NCBI GenBank assembly: GCA_934096295.1
Contig: CAKOLL010000005.1
Coordinates: forward strand, 16,761-80,760
Direction: 5' to 3'
Source of the DNA: an uncultured Bacilli bacterium
Lineage (GTDB): Bacteria > Bacillota_I > Bacilli_A > RF39 > UBA660
DNA length: 64,000 nt
Position numbers and translations under genes: made by a program. Shown piece by piece: positions 1 through 9,624 of the stretch. The notes under the pieces were generated by a model. The model made no database searches, was not told where the DNA came from, and was given only the letters and a program-made list of their open reading frames with translations. The stretch's first letter is position 1; the number at the start of each line of letters is the position of its first letter.

Positions 1-63
1 TATCAAATACATAAAATGGTGTACCAACTTCACTTATTAACTTTTTTTCTAATGACTTTTCCA
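1..63 (-). CDS. N-terminal fragment (start at 63, runs off the window) of a PLP-dependent Orn/DAP/Arg-decarboxylase-family protein
   Basis: Minus-strand translation from 63 gives MEKSLEKKLISEVGTPFYVFD. The GTPxYVxD motif is typical of the LysA/ODC-fold decarboxylase N-terminus. The start overlaps the stop of the upstream DltA-like gene. Confidence 0.35.
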
Positions 64-1563
64 TTATATCAATTCCTCTAACTTTTTACGATCAATTTTT
101 CCATTCTTAGATAAAGGCATTTCTTCTACTTTAATAAATTTACTAGGTATCATAAATACTGGTAACTCTTTTGTTAACTTTTCATGTAATTCTTTTGGTT
201 CCATATCCCCGATATAAAAAGCATATAATTTACTTTTTTCTTCTCTAAATATAGAACATACTCGTTCCACACCATCAAAAGAACCAATTGCTTTATCTAT
301 TTCTTCAAGTTCTATTCTATGTCCCATATATTTAATTTGAAAATCTTTTCTACCCCCAAAATACAATTCATTATTTTGATAATATCCTAAATCTCCAGTT
401 CTATAAATATATTCAATATATTTATCATTTAATGGATTTCTAACAAAAGCTTTTTCAGTTTGTTCTTTATTTTTATAATATCCCAAAGCTAAAGCTGTTC
501 CTCTAACACAAATTTCACCTTTTTCTGATTCTTTAGTTACTAATTCATTTTTATCATTTAATAAAAACACAGCTTCATTATTAAAAGGAATTCCCACTGG
601 TATTTTTTCATATTCTCTATTTCTATCAATTATATGATAAGTACAATTACAAGTAATTTCTGTTGGTCCATATAAATTTACAAACATTGCCTTTGGTAGA
701 TGTTCCATCCATGATTTTAAATGTTTCATTGGCATAACCTCACCACTAAACATTACTCTTTTAACAGTTGTTGGAACTTTATAATCAAGGCCATGGAATG
801 TAGAAATTAAACATAAAGCTGATACTGCCCATGTCATTGTTGTAACCTTATGGGCCACTAAAAAATCAATTAATAGAGCGGGTTTAGAAAATAATTCTTT
901 TGGCACAATAACAAGGGTTGCACCAGTCTTTAAAGCCGGATAAATATCTTTTACAGATACATCAAAATCAAATGGAGCTTGATTAGCTATAACATCATCA
1001 TCATTTATTCCAAAAGTATCAACAAAATTATCTACAAAATCAATTATTGAACGATTTCCAACAATAACTCCCTTAGGTACACCAGTTGAACCACTTGTAA
1101 AATTAGCATATACTGGATCTAAATCTACCTTTTTCTTTCTTATTTCGCTTAACAATTCCTCATTAATTTCTTCATTAATTAAATCTTCATATAATATAAG
1201 TTTTTTATCTGGAAAAAACACTTTAGCATCTTCTAAATGTTCACTATCTGTAACAATATAATCTACATCTAAAACACTAATAATTTGTTCAAGTCTCATC
1301 TTAGGTAAACCTACATTAAGTAAACTATAAAATCCTCCGGCATATAAAGCTCCCATAAAAACTTCCAAAGCACTAATACCTTTTTCCATATAAACTGGAA
1401 CTGGATCATTATTCTTAACAAATTTACCTAATCCACTCCCTATTTTCTTACTTATCTTTAAAAGACATTGATAATTAATACTACCATTTTTATCAATCAC
1501 TAAATTATTTGTTTTAACATTTTCTAAATATTCCAATACATTCTTCATAATCAACCTCATCAT
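64..1563 (-). CDS. DltA-family adenylation enzyme (D-alanine--D-alanyl carrier protein ligase homolog)
   Basis: Carries the AMP-binding motifs FTSGSTGVPKG, NQAPFDFDVSVKDIYPAL, YRTGDLGYY...GRKDFQIKYMGHRIELEEI and C-terminal MIPSKF...NGKIDRKKL. These are colinear with B. subtilis DltA, but no dltBCD lie downstream. Confidence 0.7.
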   Translation of the reverse strand: MMRLIMKNVLEYLENVKTNNLVIDKNGSINYQCLLKISKKIGSGLGKFVKNNDPVPVYMEKGISALEVFMGALYAGGFYSLLNVGLPKMRLEQIISVLDVDYIVTDSEHLEDAKVFFPDKKLILYEDLINEEINEELLSEIRKKKVDLDPVYANFTSGSTGVPKGVIVGNRSIIDFVDNFVDTFGINDDDVIANQAPFDFDVSVKDIYPALKTGATLVIVPKELFSKPALLIDFLVAHKVTTMTWAVSALCLISTFHGLDYKVPTTVKRVMFSGEVMPMKHLKSWMEHLPKAMFVNLYGPTEITCNCTYHIIDRNREYEKIPVGIPFNNEAVFLLNDKNELVTKESEKGEICVRGTALALGYYKNKEQTEKAFVRNPLNDKYIEYIYRTGDLGYYQNNELYFGGRKDFQIKYMGHRIELEEIDKAIGSFDGVERVCSIFREEKSKLYAFYIGDMEPKELHEKLTKELPVFMIPSKFIKVEEMPLSKNGKIDRKKLEELI

Positions 1564-1596
1564 AATTATATAATACTTAAATAAATTAAATCTTAA

Positions 1597-3174
1597 TCAA
1601 ATCTTAATTTTTATTAAGAATTCTGTTTTCATTCCATTCTTAGATTTATCAACCAACTCAATTTCCCCATTATGCATTTCCACTAAATTTTTAACAATAG
1701 AAAGTCCCAAACCAGTTCCATTACCACTAGTTCTAGCACTATTACTTGTAACAAAAGCTTCAAAAATATTATCTTTAATACTTTTATCTATTCCAATCCC
1801 ATTATCACCAACAGAAATAAATAAATCTTTATCTTTCCACATTTTAAAGAATATTTTTGTCCCTTTTTTATTATATTTAATAGAATTATTTATTAAATTT
1901 TCATATATTCTTCTAAAAGCTTTCGTATCTATATTAACATTTAATTTATCAATTTTTATATCAATATCTAATTGCATTTTATTATTTTCTATTTCACTAT
2001 ATTTCTCTGCTAAATAATTTTTAGTAAATTCAACAATATCTACATTTTCCATATTAAGACTATATTCAGGATGATTAAATTTTGCATACATAAATAATGA
2101 ATCAATAGCATCAGTTGCTACAATAGATTTCTTATAAATAGTTTCTAAATATTGTTTTTCCTTAAGTTTAGGAACAACGCCATCCAAAAATGCTTTCGAA
2201 TACCCACCAATAACAGTTAAAGGGGTCTTTAAATCATGGGATAAATTAGCAACAACCTTTTGCTTATCCTCATATATCTTTAATTTTTCTTTTTCTACAT
2301 TTTTAAGTTTTTTCATTAAACTCTCAAAACTATCCACAACACTTTCAAATTCTTTTGGTAAATGATAATCATTTTTTAAACCATTTTCTCCATATGAATT
2401 AATAACTTTATTTAACTCATTTAAACTACTTTTAATTTTCTTATTAAAAAAATATGTTTCTATTAAAATTAAAATAAGTAAAAATGGAATGGCAATAAAC
2501 CAAATTCGTTGAGCATCCACTACAGCTTTATCATAAGCTTCAGAATTAAACATCGGTGACATAAATAACAACGTTCTATTACTACCATCAGGAATATCAT
2601 AATCATAAACTGTATTAAATGAATATTTTTCAACCATTTGTTCATCATTATAATAACCATTTAACAAATCTATTTCTTTTTCAGTCAAATTCTTAGCTCC
2701 AGAAAACAAATCTCCTTCTAAGACATTTAAATCTTCATCAAGTTTCGTACTTCCAACAACAACCTCATCATATTCATCATCATAAGTAGTTTTATATATT
2801 TTAATAACTTTATTTTTATTTTTTTCTTTATAATTAAATATATTATAATAATAAGTATCACTATAATCATTAATAAATACTAAATCATCACCACTAATAT
2901 CTATATTTATATCAGTTGAATATATTAGTTCATTATTATTATCATAAACAGCAAAATCACATCCAGGAAACTTCGCCATTGGAATACCTCCATAATCTTC
3001 ATATTTTAATTTGTCCTCATACTTCAAAAAATCATCAAGCACTAAAAAACTATTGTTAAGTCGCCAATTAACAAATATATTTATAAGGATAGATCCTCCA
3101 AGAACAATAAAAGTATAAATTGCAAATTGTATAATTATTACTTTACTAAAACTATATTTCTTCTTTGTTTTCAA
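1597..3174 (-). CDS. sensor histidine kinase (two TM segments, HisKA + HATPase_c)
   Basis: H-box LSHDLKTPLTVIGGYSKAF and G-box GTGLGLSIVKNLVEMHNGEI. Overlaps the response-regulator gene by 23 nt. Confidence 0.85.
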   Translation of the reverse strand: MKTKKKYSFSKVIIIQFAIYTFIVLGGSILINIFVNWRLNNSFLVLDDFLKYEDKLKYEDYGGIPMAKFPGCDFAVYDNNNELIYSTDINIDISGDDLVFINDYSDTYYYNIFNYKEKNKNKVIKIYKTTYDDEYDEVVVGSTKLDEDLNVLEGDLFSGAKNLTEKEIDLLNGYYNDEQMVEKYSFNTVYDYDIPDGSNRTLLFMSPMFNSEAYDKAVVDAQRIWFIAIPFLLILILIETYFFNKKIKSSLNELNKVINSYGENGLKNDYHLPKEFESVVDSFESLMKKLKNVEKEKLKIYEDKQKVVANLSHDLKTPLTVIGGYSKAFLDGVVPKLKEKQYLETIYKKSIVATDAIDSLFMYAKFNHPEYSLNMENVDIVEFTKNYLAEKYSEIENNKMQLDIDIKIDKLNVNIDTKAFRRIYENLINNSIKYNKKGTKIFFKMWKDKDLFISVGDNGIGIDKSIKDNIFEAFVTSNSARTSGNGTGLGLSIVKNLVEMHNGEIELVDKSKNGMKTEFLIKIKI

Positions 3175-3853
3175 ATTTATAACCTAACCCCCTAACTGTT
3201 TTAATATACTTAGGTTTAGATGGATTATCTTCAATCTTACCTCTTATATTTGAAATGTGTACCATCATCGTATTATCATCACATTCATAAAATTCTCCAC
3301 TAATACATTCATAGATTTGTTGTTTAGTAAAAACCTTTCCCGGAGCTTTTAACATCATCGCTATAATTTTAATTTCAGTTGATGTCAAAGGGACAACTTT
3401 ATTATTTTTCTTTAAAATACACTTACTTAAATCTAAAGATAAATCACCAACATTTATTATATCGTTATTTTTACTATCATTACTAAATTCATTATATCTT
3501 CTAAGAAGAGCCTTAACATAAGCAACAACCTCTAAAGGGTTAAATGGTTTAGTTACATATGCATCAGCCCCAATATCTAAGCCTAATATTTTATCACTAT
3601 CCATATTTTTAGCAGATGTTATTATGATTGGAATATTACTATTTACTCGAACACTCTTAATTAATTCATAACCATTCATCCTTGGCATCATTATATCAGC
3701 AATTAACACATCAATTTTTACATTTTTTAACTTTTCTAACGCCTCAACTCCATCATGAGCAACAAACACCAAAAAACCATTAGCCTCAAGGTATAATTTT
3801 AAAAGTTCCAATATATCATTGTCATCTTCTACAACAAGCACATGTTTTTGCAT
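3152..3853 (-). CDS. OmpR-family response regulator (REC + winged helix)
   Basis: N-terminus LVVEDDNDILELLKLYLEANGF and C-terminal winged-helix ...YIKTVRGLGYKF. An RBS GGGGTGA precedes the ATG. Confidence 0.9.
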   Translation of the reverse strand: MQKHVLVVEDDNDILELLKLYLEANGFLVFVAHDGVEALEKLKNVKIDVLIADIMMPRMNGYELIKSVRVNSNIPIIITSAKNMDSDKILGLDIGADAYVTKPFNPLEVVAYVKALLRRYNEFSNDSKNNDIINVGDLSLDLSKCILKKNNKVVPLTSTEIKIIAMMLKAPGKVFTKQQIYECISGEFYECDDNTMMVHISNIRGKIEDNPSKPKYIKTVRGLGYKFENKEEI

Positions 3854-3923
3854 GGTATCACCCCAAACTTAAACCATATTATACCACAAAAATCAAAATA
3901 CTTGACAAAAATTAAAAAAAAGA

Positions 3924-3943
3924 TTTTGCAAAATTCTGCAAAA
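3924..3943. promoter_or_regulatory. tandem 10-bp direct repeat TTTTGCAAAA/TTCTGCAAAA just upstream of the -35 of the RR-HK promoter
   Basis: Direct repeats with a 10-bp period lie 16-35 bp upstream of a TTGTCA(-35)/TATAAT(-10) pair on the minus strand. This geometry is typical of OmpR/PhoB-type binding sites. Confidence 0.3.
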
Positions 3944-3954
3944 ACTTTTATAAA

Positions 3955-6213
3955 TTATAACTTAAATTGTGAATTATATAGTTCTGCATAGAACCCATTT
4001 TGCTTCATCAATTCATCATGAGTTCCTTGCTCGATAATATTACCCTCATTCATAACAAGTATTAAATCAGCATTTTTTATTGTGGATAATCTGTGAGCAA
4101 TTATAAATGATGTTTTGCCTTCAGTTAATTTATCCATTGCTTTTTGAACTAATTCTTCAGTTCTTGTATCAACATTACTAGTAGCTTCATCTAAAATCAA
4201 GAATGGTGCATTTTGTATCATACCACGAGCTATTGTAAGTAATTGTCTTTGCCCAGCAGACACAGAATCATTATCACTAAGAATAGTATCATAACCATTA
4301 GGTAATGTCTTAATAAAATGATCTAGTCCCACAGTCTTACATACAGATTCTACCATTTCCATTGAAACATCTGAAGTATTATAAATAATATTATCTTTTA
4401 TTGAACCATTAAATACCCAAGTATCTTGAAGAACCATTGTGAATAAATCATGAATATTACTACGTGTTAAATCCTTCGTAGAAACTCCATCAATTAATAT
4501 TTCTCCATTATTAATATCATAAAATTTCATAAGCAAATTAACCATCGTAGTCTTACCAGCACCAGTTGGTCCAACAATTGCTACTTTTTCACCAGCTTTT
4601 GCTTTAGCACTAAAATTCTTAATTGTTGGTTTATCATTACCATCATATTTAAATTCAACATTCTTAAATTCAATATTACCTTTTACTTTTTCTTTATCTA
4701 ATGTAGTTTTAATACTACTTTCATCAGCCATTTCTTTTTCATCTAAAAATTCAAATACTCTTTCACTAGCTGCAGCAGTTGATTGAAGACTAGTCATAGC
4801 TTGAGCAATTTGAGAAAGTGGTGAAACAAATAATCTAACATAAACAATAAATGCTACGATTACACCGAAACTAATATGACCATTTAAAGCAAGTAAAGCC
4901 CCTACAACACAAACCGCAACATAACCAAAGTTACCAATAAAACTCATCATTGGCATCATTAAACCTGATAAGAATTCACTCTTCCAATTTGCTTTATATA
5001 ATTTTTCATTTAATTCATCAAATTTTTCATTTGATATTTTTTCACCATTATAAGTTTTAACAACATTTAATCCTGAATAAACCTCTTCAATATGACCGTT
5101 TAAAGCCCCAAGTTCATTTTGTTTAGCAACGAAATACTTTTGAGATTTAGCAAGTACTAATGCCATAAAGAAAAATCCAAATAAACTTGCAAGTATCGCC
5201 GTAATAGCCATAACACCATTTGTTACAAACATCATAATAGTAGTTCCCACAAATAATGTAATAGCACTAACTAAAGTAGATAATGATTGGTTCATTGATT
5301 GAGCAATTGTATCAACATCATTTGTAACTCTAGATAAGATATCCCCAATTGCATGTTTATCAAAATATTTTAATGGTAGTTTATTAATTTTGCTTGATAT
5401 ATTACCTCTTAATTTTCTTGCAAAATTATTTGATACATCAGTCATCAATATTGCTTCAAAATATTCAAATATTGCACTTATTAAATAAATGCATATTAAT
5501 AAAATAGCTATATTCTTAATTTTATCAATATTCATATGTGGTTCTACAACCACCTTCACAGAACTAGGCATCTCATCTACAAGACTATATATTTCTGTGG
5601 CACTTACATCTTCATCTATATTGCTTGCAATCTCTAAAAATTTTCCTTGATCACCAGCACTTATAACATGACCATCAGTTTCAATATCACTAAATAATTT
5701 ACTTGCAATACTATTAGATATTACCAAATTACTATTTAAACTTCTTATAAATTCTTTAGCATCTTCATCATTGTTAACCAAAATATCTAAAATACTATCT
5801 GGAATTTCACTTATAGCTTTAAATGAGCCTTCACTAGTCTTATCATTTAACTTTGTCATTATTTCTTGGAACTTCATCAAATCTTCTTTAGGAATGTTTG
5901 AACTCATCATTACTTTTCCAATATTTTTTTCACTAAAATCAATTACTTTACTTAAATTTTCCTCATTTAAGCTACCAGTTACTTCTTTAGTTAATTCTTC
6001 AAAGTTATCTTTATTTAAAACTAAACCTTTAGATATTTCATCTGTTAAATCAGATAATATATTCGGAGTTACAATCGTAAGAATAGCACCTAAAGCAGCT
6101 AAAACTAAAGATATAATAACTAATTTTTTAAAACCGGATAACTCTTTTAATAATCTTTTAATTGCCCCTTTAAAATCTTTTGCTTTAGTTGTATCTCTAT
6201 TTGGTCTTGGCAT
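3955..6213 (-). CDS. ABC exporter ATP-binding/permease fusion (type I exporter), with an unusually long (about 250 aa) extracytoplasmic insertion after TM1
   Basis: Walker A GPTGAGKTT, ABC signature LSAGQRQ, Walker B LILDEAT, and six TM helices. Total length is 752 aa versus about 580 aa typical. Confidence 0.85.
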   Translation of the reverse strand: MPRPNRDTTKAKDFKGAIKRLLKELSGFKKLVIISLVLAALGAILTIVTPNILSDLTDEISKGLVLNKDNFEELTKEVTGSLNEENLSKVIDFSEKNIGKVMMSSNIPKEDLMKFQEIMTKLNDKTSEGSFKAISEIPDSILDILVNNDEDAKEFIRSLNSNLVISNSIASKLFSDIETDGHVISAGDQGKFLEIASNIDEDVSATEIYSLVDEMPSSVKVVVEPHMNIDKIKNIAILLICIYLISAIFEYFEAILMTDVSNNFARKLRGNISSKINKLPLKYFDKHAIGDILSRVTNDVDTIAQSMNQSLSTLVSAITLFVGTTIMMFVTNGVMAITAILASLFGFFFMALVLAKSQKYFVAKQNELGALNGHIEEVYSGLNVVKTYNGEKISNEKFDELNEKLYKANWKSEFLSGLMMPMMSFIGNFGYVAVCVVGALLALNGHISFGVIVAFIVYVRLFVSPLSQIAQAMTSLQSTAAASERVFEFLDEKEMADESSIKTTLDKEKVKGNIEFKNVEFKYDGNDKPTIKNFSAKAKAGEKVAIVGPTGAGKTTMVNLLMKFYDINNGEILIDGVSTKDLTRSNIHDLFTMVLQDTWVFNGSIKDNIIYNTSDVSMEMVESVCKTVGLDHFIKTLPNGYDTILSDNDSVSAGQRQLLTIARGMIQNAPFLILDEATSNVDTRTEELVQKAMDKLTEGKTSFIIAHRLSTIKNADLILVMNEGNIIEQGTHDELMKQNGFYAELYNSQFKL

Positions 6214-7960
6214 TATCTAATTCCTCCTTTGAAAGTTGTGATAAAGCAATTTGTTTATATACCTCACAACTTTTTAATAGTTCTTTATGTGTACCAACTC
6301 CAACAGACTCTCCGTTATCAAGAACAATTATTTTATCAGCATTCATTATTGTACCAATTCTTTGTGCAACAATTAAACTCGTAGCATCCTTTGTATATTT
6401 TTTTAGCTCACTTCTAAGCACGGCATCTGTTTTATAGTCAAGTGCAGAAAATGAATCATCAAAAATATATATTTCTGGATTTTTTGCAATAGCTCTTGAA
6501 ATGGCAATTCTTTGTTTTTGTCCTCCAGAAACATTAGTCCCCCCTTGAGCAATGTGAGATTCATATCCGTCATCCATTTTAGAAATAAATTCATCAGCTT
6601 GAGCAACTTTAGCTGCTTCCACTATTTTTTTATCACTAATTTCTTCCATTGCTTTACCATAGCTAATATTACTATTTACTGTTCCATTAAACATAACAGC
6701 CCTTTGAGGTACATATCCAATTAATTTATATAAATATTCTAATTTATAATCTTTAATATTAACTCCATCAATTAATATTTCTCCTTCCGTTACATCATAA
6801 AATCTAACAATTAAATTTACTAATGTAGATTTACCTGATCCAGTTGATCCAATAAATGCAACAGTATCCCCTTTATTTGCTTTAAACGAAATATTTTTTA
6901 ATACATATTCTTCAGCATCTGGATATTTAAATGATACATTCTTAAATTCAACAGTACCAATTTCATCCTTATTTGTTACCTTACCATCAATTACACTAAC
7001 ACTAGTATCTAACACTTCATTTATTCTTGATGCAGACACTTGAGCTCTAGGTAATATCATAAATATCATTGCAAGCATTAAAAATGCCATAATAATTTGC
7101 ATTGCATAAGATGAAAATACTACCATATCTCCAAATAAACTAATTTTATCAGCCATTAAAGCATCTTTAATTAAATAAGCACCAATAAAATAAATAACCA
7201 ACGTCAACATATACATAACTAAATACATAACAGGTGCCATAATAGACATTGTTTTTTGGTTAAACAATTGTAAATTTGTTAAACTATTATTTACATCTTG
7301 GAACTTTTCTTGTTGATATTCTTCAGCATTAAAAGCTCTTACTACTCTAATACCCGTTAAATTTTCTCTAGTAACCTCATTTAATTTATCAGTTAATTTT
7401 TGAACTATTTTAAACTTAGGCATTACAACAATAGTTAGGATTCCAATTACTATTAACAAAACAACCACAGCAACAGCTGTTACCATACTCCATTCCCAAC
7501 TTTTATTTAAAATTTTAGTAATAGCCCACACTGCAGTAACCGGAGCTTTAATAAGGAGTTGAAGCCCAAAGCCAATAAACATTTCTACTTGTGTAATATC
7601 ATTGGTAGTTCTAGTTATTAAACTATTCGTTGAAAATTCTTTAATTTCACTCATAGACATATCTTCAACTTTTCTAAATAATTTAGAACGAAGATTTCTA
7701 GAAAATCCTGATGCGAGTAATGCAATCAAATAACCAACAATTACTGCACCAACTAAAGAGCCAAAAGCACATAAAAGCATATATCCTCCATTTTTAAGGA
7801 TTTCACTCATTTTACTTCCTTCTGTTTGCACAAGTACAGTTACTTTAGACATATAATCCGGCATTTTTAATTCAAGCCATACCTGCATAACTATTAACAC
7901 AATACTGACTAGCACTATCAACCAATCTTTCTTTTTAAAATTCTTAATTAACTTAAACAT
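6197..7960 (-). CDS. ABC exporter ATP-binding/permease fusion, probable heterodimer partner of 3955..6213
   Basis: Walker A GSTGSGKST, signature VSGGQKQR, Walker B IYIFDDSFSALD. Overlaps the downstream ABC gene. Confidence 0.85.
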   Translation of the reverse strand: MFKLIKNFKKKDWLIVLVSIVLIVMQVWLELKMPDYMSKVTVLVQTEGSKMSEILKNGGYMLLCAFGSLVGAVIVGYLIALLASGFSRNLRSKLFRKVEDMSMSEIKEFSTNSLITRTTNDITQVEMFIGFGLQLLIKAPVTAVWAITKILNKSWEWSMVTAVAVVVLLIVIGILTIVVMPKFKIVQKLTDKLNEVTRENLTGIRVVRAFNAEEYQQEKFQDVNNSLTNLQLFNQKTMSIMAPVMYLVMYMLTLVIYFIGAYLIKDALMADKISLFGDMVVFSSYAMQIIMAFLMLAMIFMILPRAQVSASRINEVLDTSVSVIDGKVTNKDEIGTVEFKNVSFKYPDAEEYVLKNISFKANKGDTVAFIGSTGSGKSTLVNLIVRFYDVTEGEILIDGVNIKDYKLEYLYKLIGYVPQRAVMFNGTVNSNISYGKAMEEISDKKIVEAAKVAQADEFISKMDDGYESHIAQGGTNVSGGQKQRIAISRAIAKNPEIYIFDDSFSALDYKTDAVLRSELKKYTKDATSLIVAQRIGTIMNADKIIVLDNGESVGVGTHKELLKSCEVYKQIALSQLSKEELDNAKTK

Positions 7961-8411
7961 GACTATCCTTTCTTTTTACATATTCATTTATATTATTTTG
8001 CATACTTTCTATTATATGACAAAATATTTTAATTTCTTCTTCACTTAATCCTTTTTTTACAACTTTTTCAAGTTTATAAAATTCACTCTTCTTTGCTTCA
8101 AACAATTTCTTTGCTTCAGCATTCAATATAATCTTTTTGCATCTAACATCTTTTTCACATACAACTCTTCTTACTAAACCATGTTTTTCCATAGTTTGTA
8201 ACACACCAGATACAGTGGCACGCCTTAAATTTAAAATATTCTCTAAATCTTTTTGATAAATGTCCTCACTTTGATGATTTAAGATATAATCCATAATTAT
8301 CATTTGACTTGGACTTAGCTCGTTACTAAATAATTCTCTATTATTTTTAATAAATTCCCTACATATTAACTTATTTAATAAATTAATATTATATAACAAC
8401 TTATCTTCCAC
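7953..8411 (-). CDS. MarR-family transcriptional regulator
   Basis: 152 aa with a winged-HTH (RRATVSGVLQTMEKHGLVRR). It is the first gene of the MarR-ABC-ABC cluster. Confidence 0.75.
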   Translation of the reverse strand: MEDKLLYNINLLNKLICREFIKNNRELFSNELSPSQMIIMDYILNHQSEDIYQKDLENILNLRRATVSGVLQTMEKHGLVRRVVCEKDVRCKKIILNAEAKKLFEAKKSEFYKLEKVVKKGLSEEEIKIFCHIIESMQNNINEYVKRKDSHV

Positions 8412-8536
8412 TTATATCACCGCCATATAATACTAAACCAAATAAAAATATTTGTCAAGTGCCTTACAATTAAAAACTTGACAAAATTATAAAAATAAGT
8501 ATAATAATATTACTTTCAACAAAAGGGGGAAATATA

Positions 8537-9100
8537 ATGAGAGATTATTGTGGAAATTGTGCCTATTTTGATTTAAAACAAAAAGAATACTGGGGAGATA
8601 GATATTATTGTACTGAAACTTGCAAATATAAAGAAAAAAGTGATTCAGCATGCTCTAGATATATCAAAAAACCAGAAGATGGTTACAGAAGATCAGGTTG
8701 TTTCATAACTACCGTAATATGCTATAAACTTGGATTCAGAGATAACTGCGAATACCTAACAAATTTAAGGTTATTAAGGGAAGCATATTTAAAACTTACA
8801 CCATCTGGAATAAAATTACTACAAGAATATGACCAAATAGGTCCAATTATAAGTACTGAACTTTTAGCTTGTCCAGTTGTAGATGCTATCATGCTTATGA
8901 ATAGATTCATAAAACCATGTAATGACGCTATTAAAATAAACAAATTTGAAGAAGCAACAATAATATATTTAAATATGGTTGAAGAACTAAAAGAAAGATT
9001 CAGTTATTCCCTACAAGATACTAAAGTAGATTACACAGAATCTTTTGAAGAACAAGATTTAGGTAAAGGAAGAGGAAGGAAAAAGTCAGCAAATTCATAA
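8537..9100 (+). CDS. hypothetical Cys-rich protein (CGNC...C...C N-terminal cluster)
   Basis: Preceded by a strong sigma-A-like promoter (TTGACA-16-TATAAT around 8478-8510) and a GGGGGA RBS. I recognise no family. Confidence 0.45.
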   Translation: MRDYCGNCAYFDLKQKEYWGDRYYCTETCKYKEKSDSACSRYIKKPEDGYRRSGCFITTVICYKLGFRDNCEYLTNLRLLREAYLKLTPSGIKLLQEYDQIGPIISTELLACPVVDAIMLMNRFIKPCNDAIKINKFEEATIIYLNMVEELKERFSYSLQDTKVDYTESFEEQDLGKGRGRKKSANS

Positions 9101-9124
9101 ATGATATGAACCCCCAAAATTTAA

Positions 9125-9149
9125 AACCAGCAATATTTCTTTGCTGGTT
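9125..9149. terminator. bidirectional rho-independent terminator between convergent genes
   Basis: Hairpin AACCAGCAATATTTCTTTGCTGGTT flanked by A/T runs on both sides. Confidence 0.6.
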
Positions 9150-9162
9150 TTATTCATATAAA

Positions 9163-9624
9163 TTATTTAGTTACATCAATCCATTCGCTAAATTGTGATA
9201 ATTCTTCAATTTCACTAATTGTAAGTTTTATTGCACTATTAGAGCTTCCACATGCTGGATAAACAAATTCATGTTCCTTTAATGATTCATCAAGATAAAT
9301 AGTAACTCCTTCATTAACACCGAAAGGGCAAACTCCTCCAGCTTCATGACCAACAAGTTCTACCAAATTTTCTCTAGGAATCATGTGAGCTTTTTCATGG
9401 AAAAATTCTTTATATTTATGGTTATCACATCTTTTATCTCCAGCCATAACTATTAAAATAGGCTTTCCGTCAACTATAAATGATAATGTTTTAGCTATAT
9501 CAGCTTCACCACATCCAATTGCTTGAGCAGCCTCTGCAACAGTTGCACTTGATTCATCAAATTCTACTATTTCTCCATCTTTTCCATATTTTTTTAAATA
9601 TTCTCTTACTTTAATTAATGACAT
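9163..9624 (-). CDS. YbaK/EbsC-family aminoacyl-tRNA deacylase
   Basis: 153 aa. The ...GGVCPFG... motif and overall size match YbaK/ProX-type trans-editing domains. Confidence 0.55.
   Translation of the reverse strand: MSLIKVREYLKKYGKDGEIVEFDESSATVAEAAQAIGCGEADIAKTLSFIVDGKPILIVMAGDKRCDNHKYKEFFHEKAHMIPRENLVELVGHEAGGVCPFGVNEGVTIYLDESLKEHEFVYPACGSSNSAIKLTISEIEELSQFSEWIDVTK

Noticed and set aside
5771-6437. Plus-strand ORFs 5771..6220 and 6189..6437 (149 and 82 aa), and the similar antisense ORFs 6403..6606, 6512..6724, 8722..8943, 11566..11775, 14356..14538, 16908..17123, 17545..17862, 18108..18311, 18770..19024, 19096..19320, 21776..21958, 22917..23129, 23498..23698, 23970..24167, 25804..26031, 29393..29575, 31236..31421, 32983..33258, 34270..34602, 35063..35341, 35910..36185, 39463..39702, 47479..47712, 48191..48649, 51223..51606, 54283..54483, 57794..57979, 58788..58988, 59472..59753, 59612..59845, 59938..60273 and 63657..63941
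   Set aside because: All lie entirely within, and antisense to, long well-supported genes (ABC transporters, pilin-like genes, mfd, dnaX, gyrA and others). Their low-complexity Leu/Ile/Phe/Ser-rich translations are typical of spurious reverse-strand ORFs in AT-rich DNA, and none has a recognisable motif or RBS.
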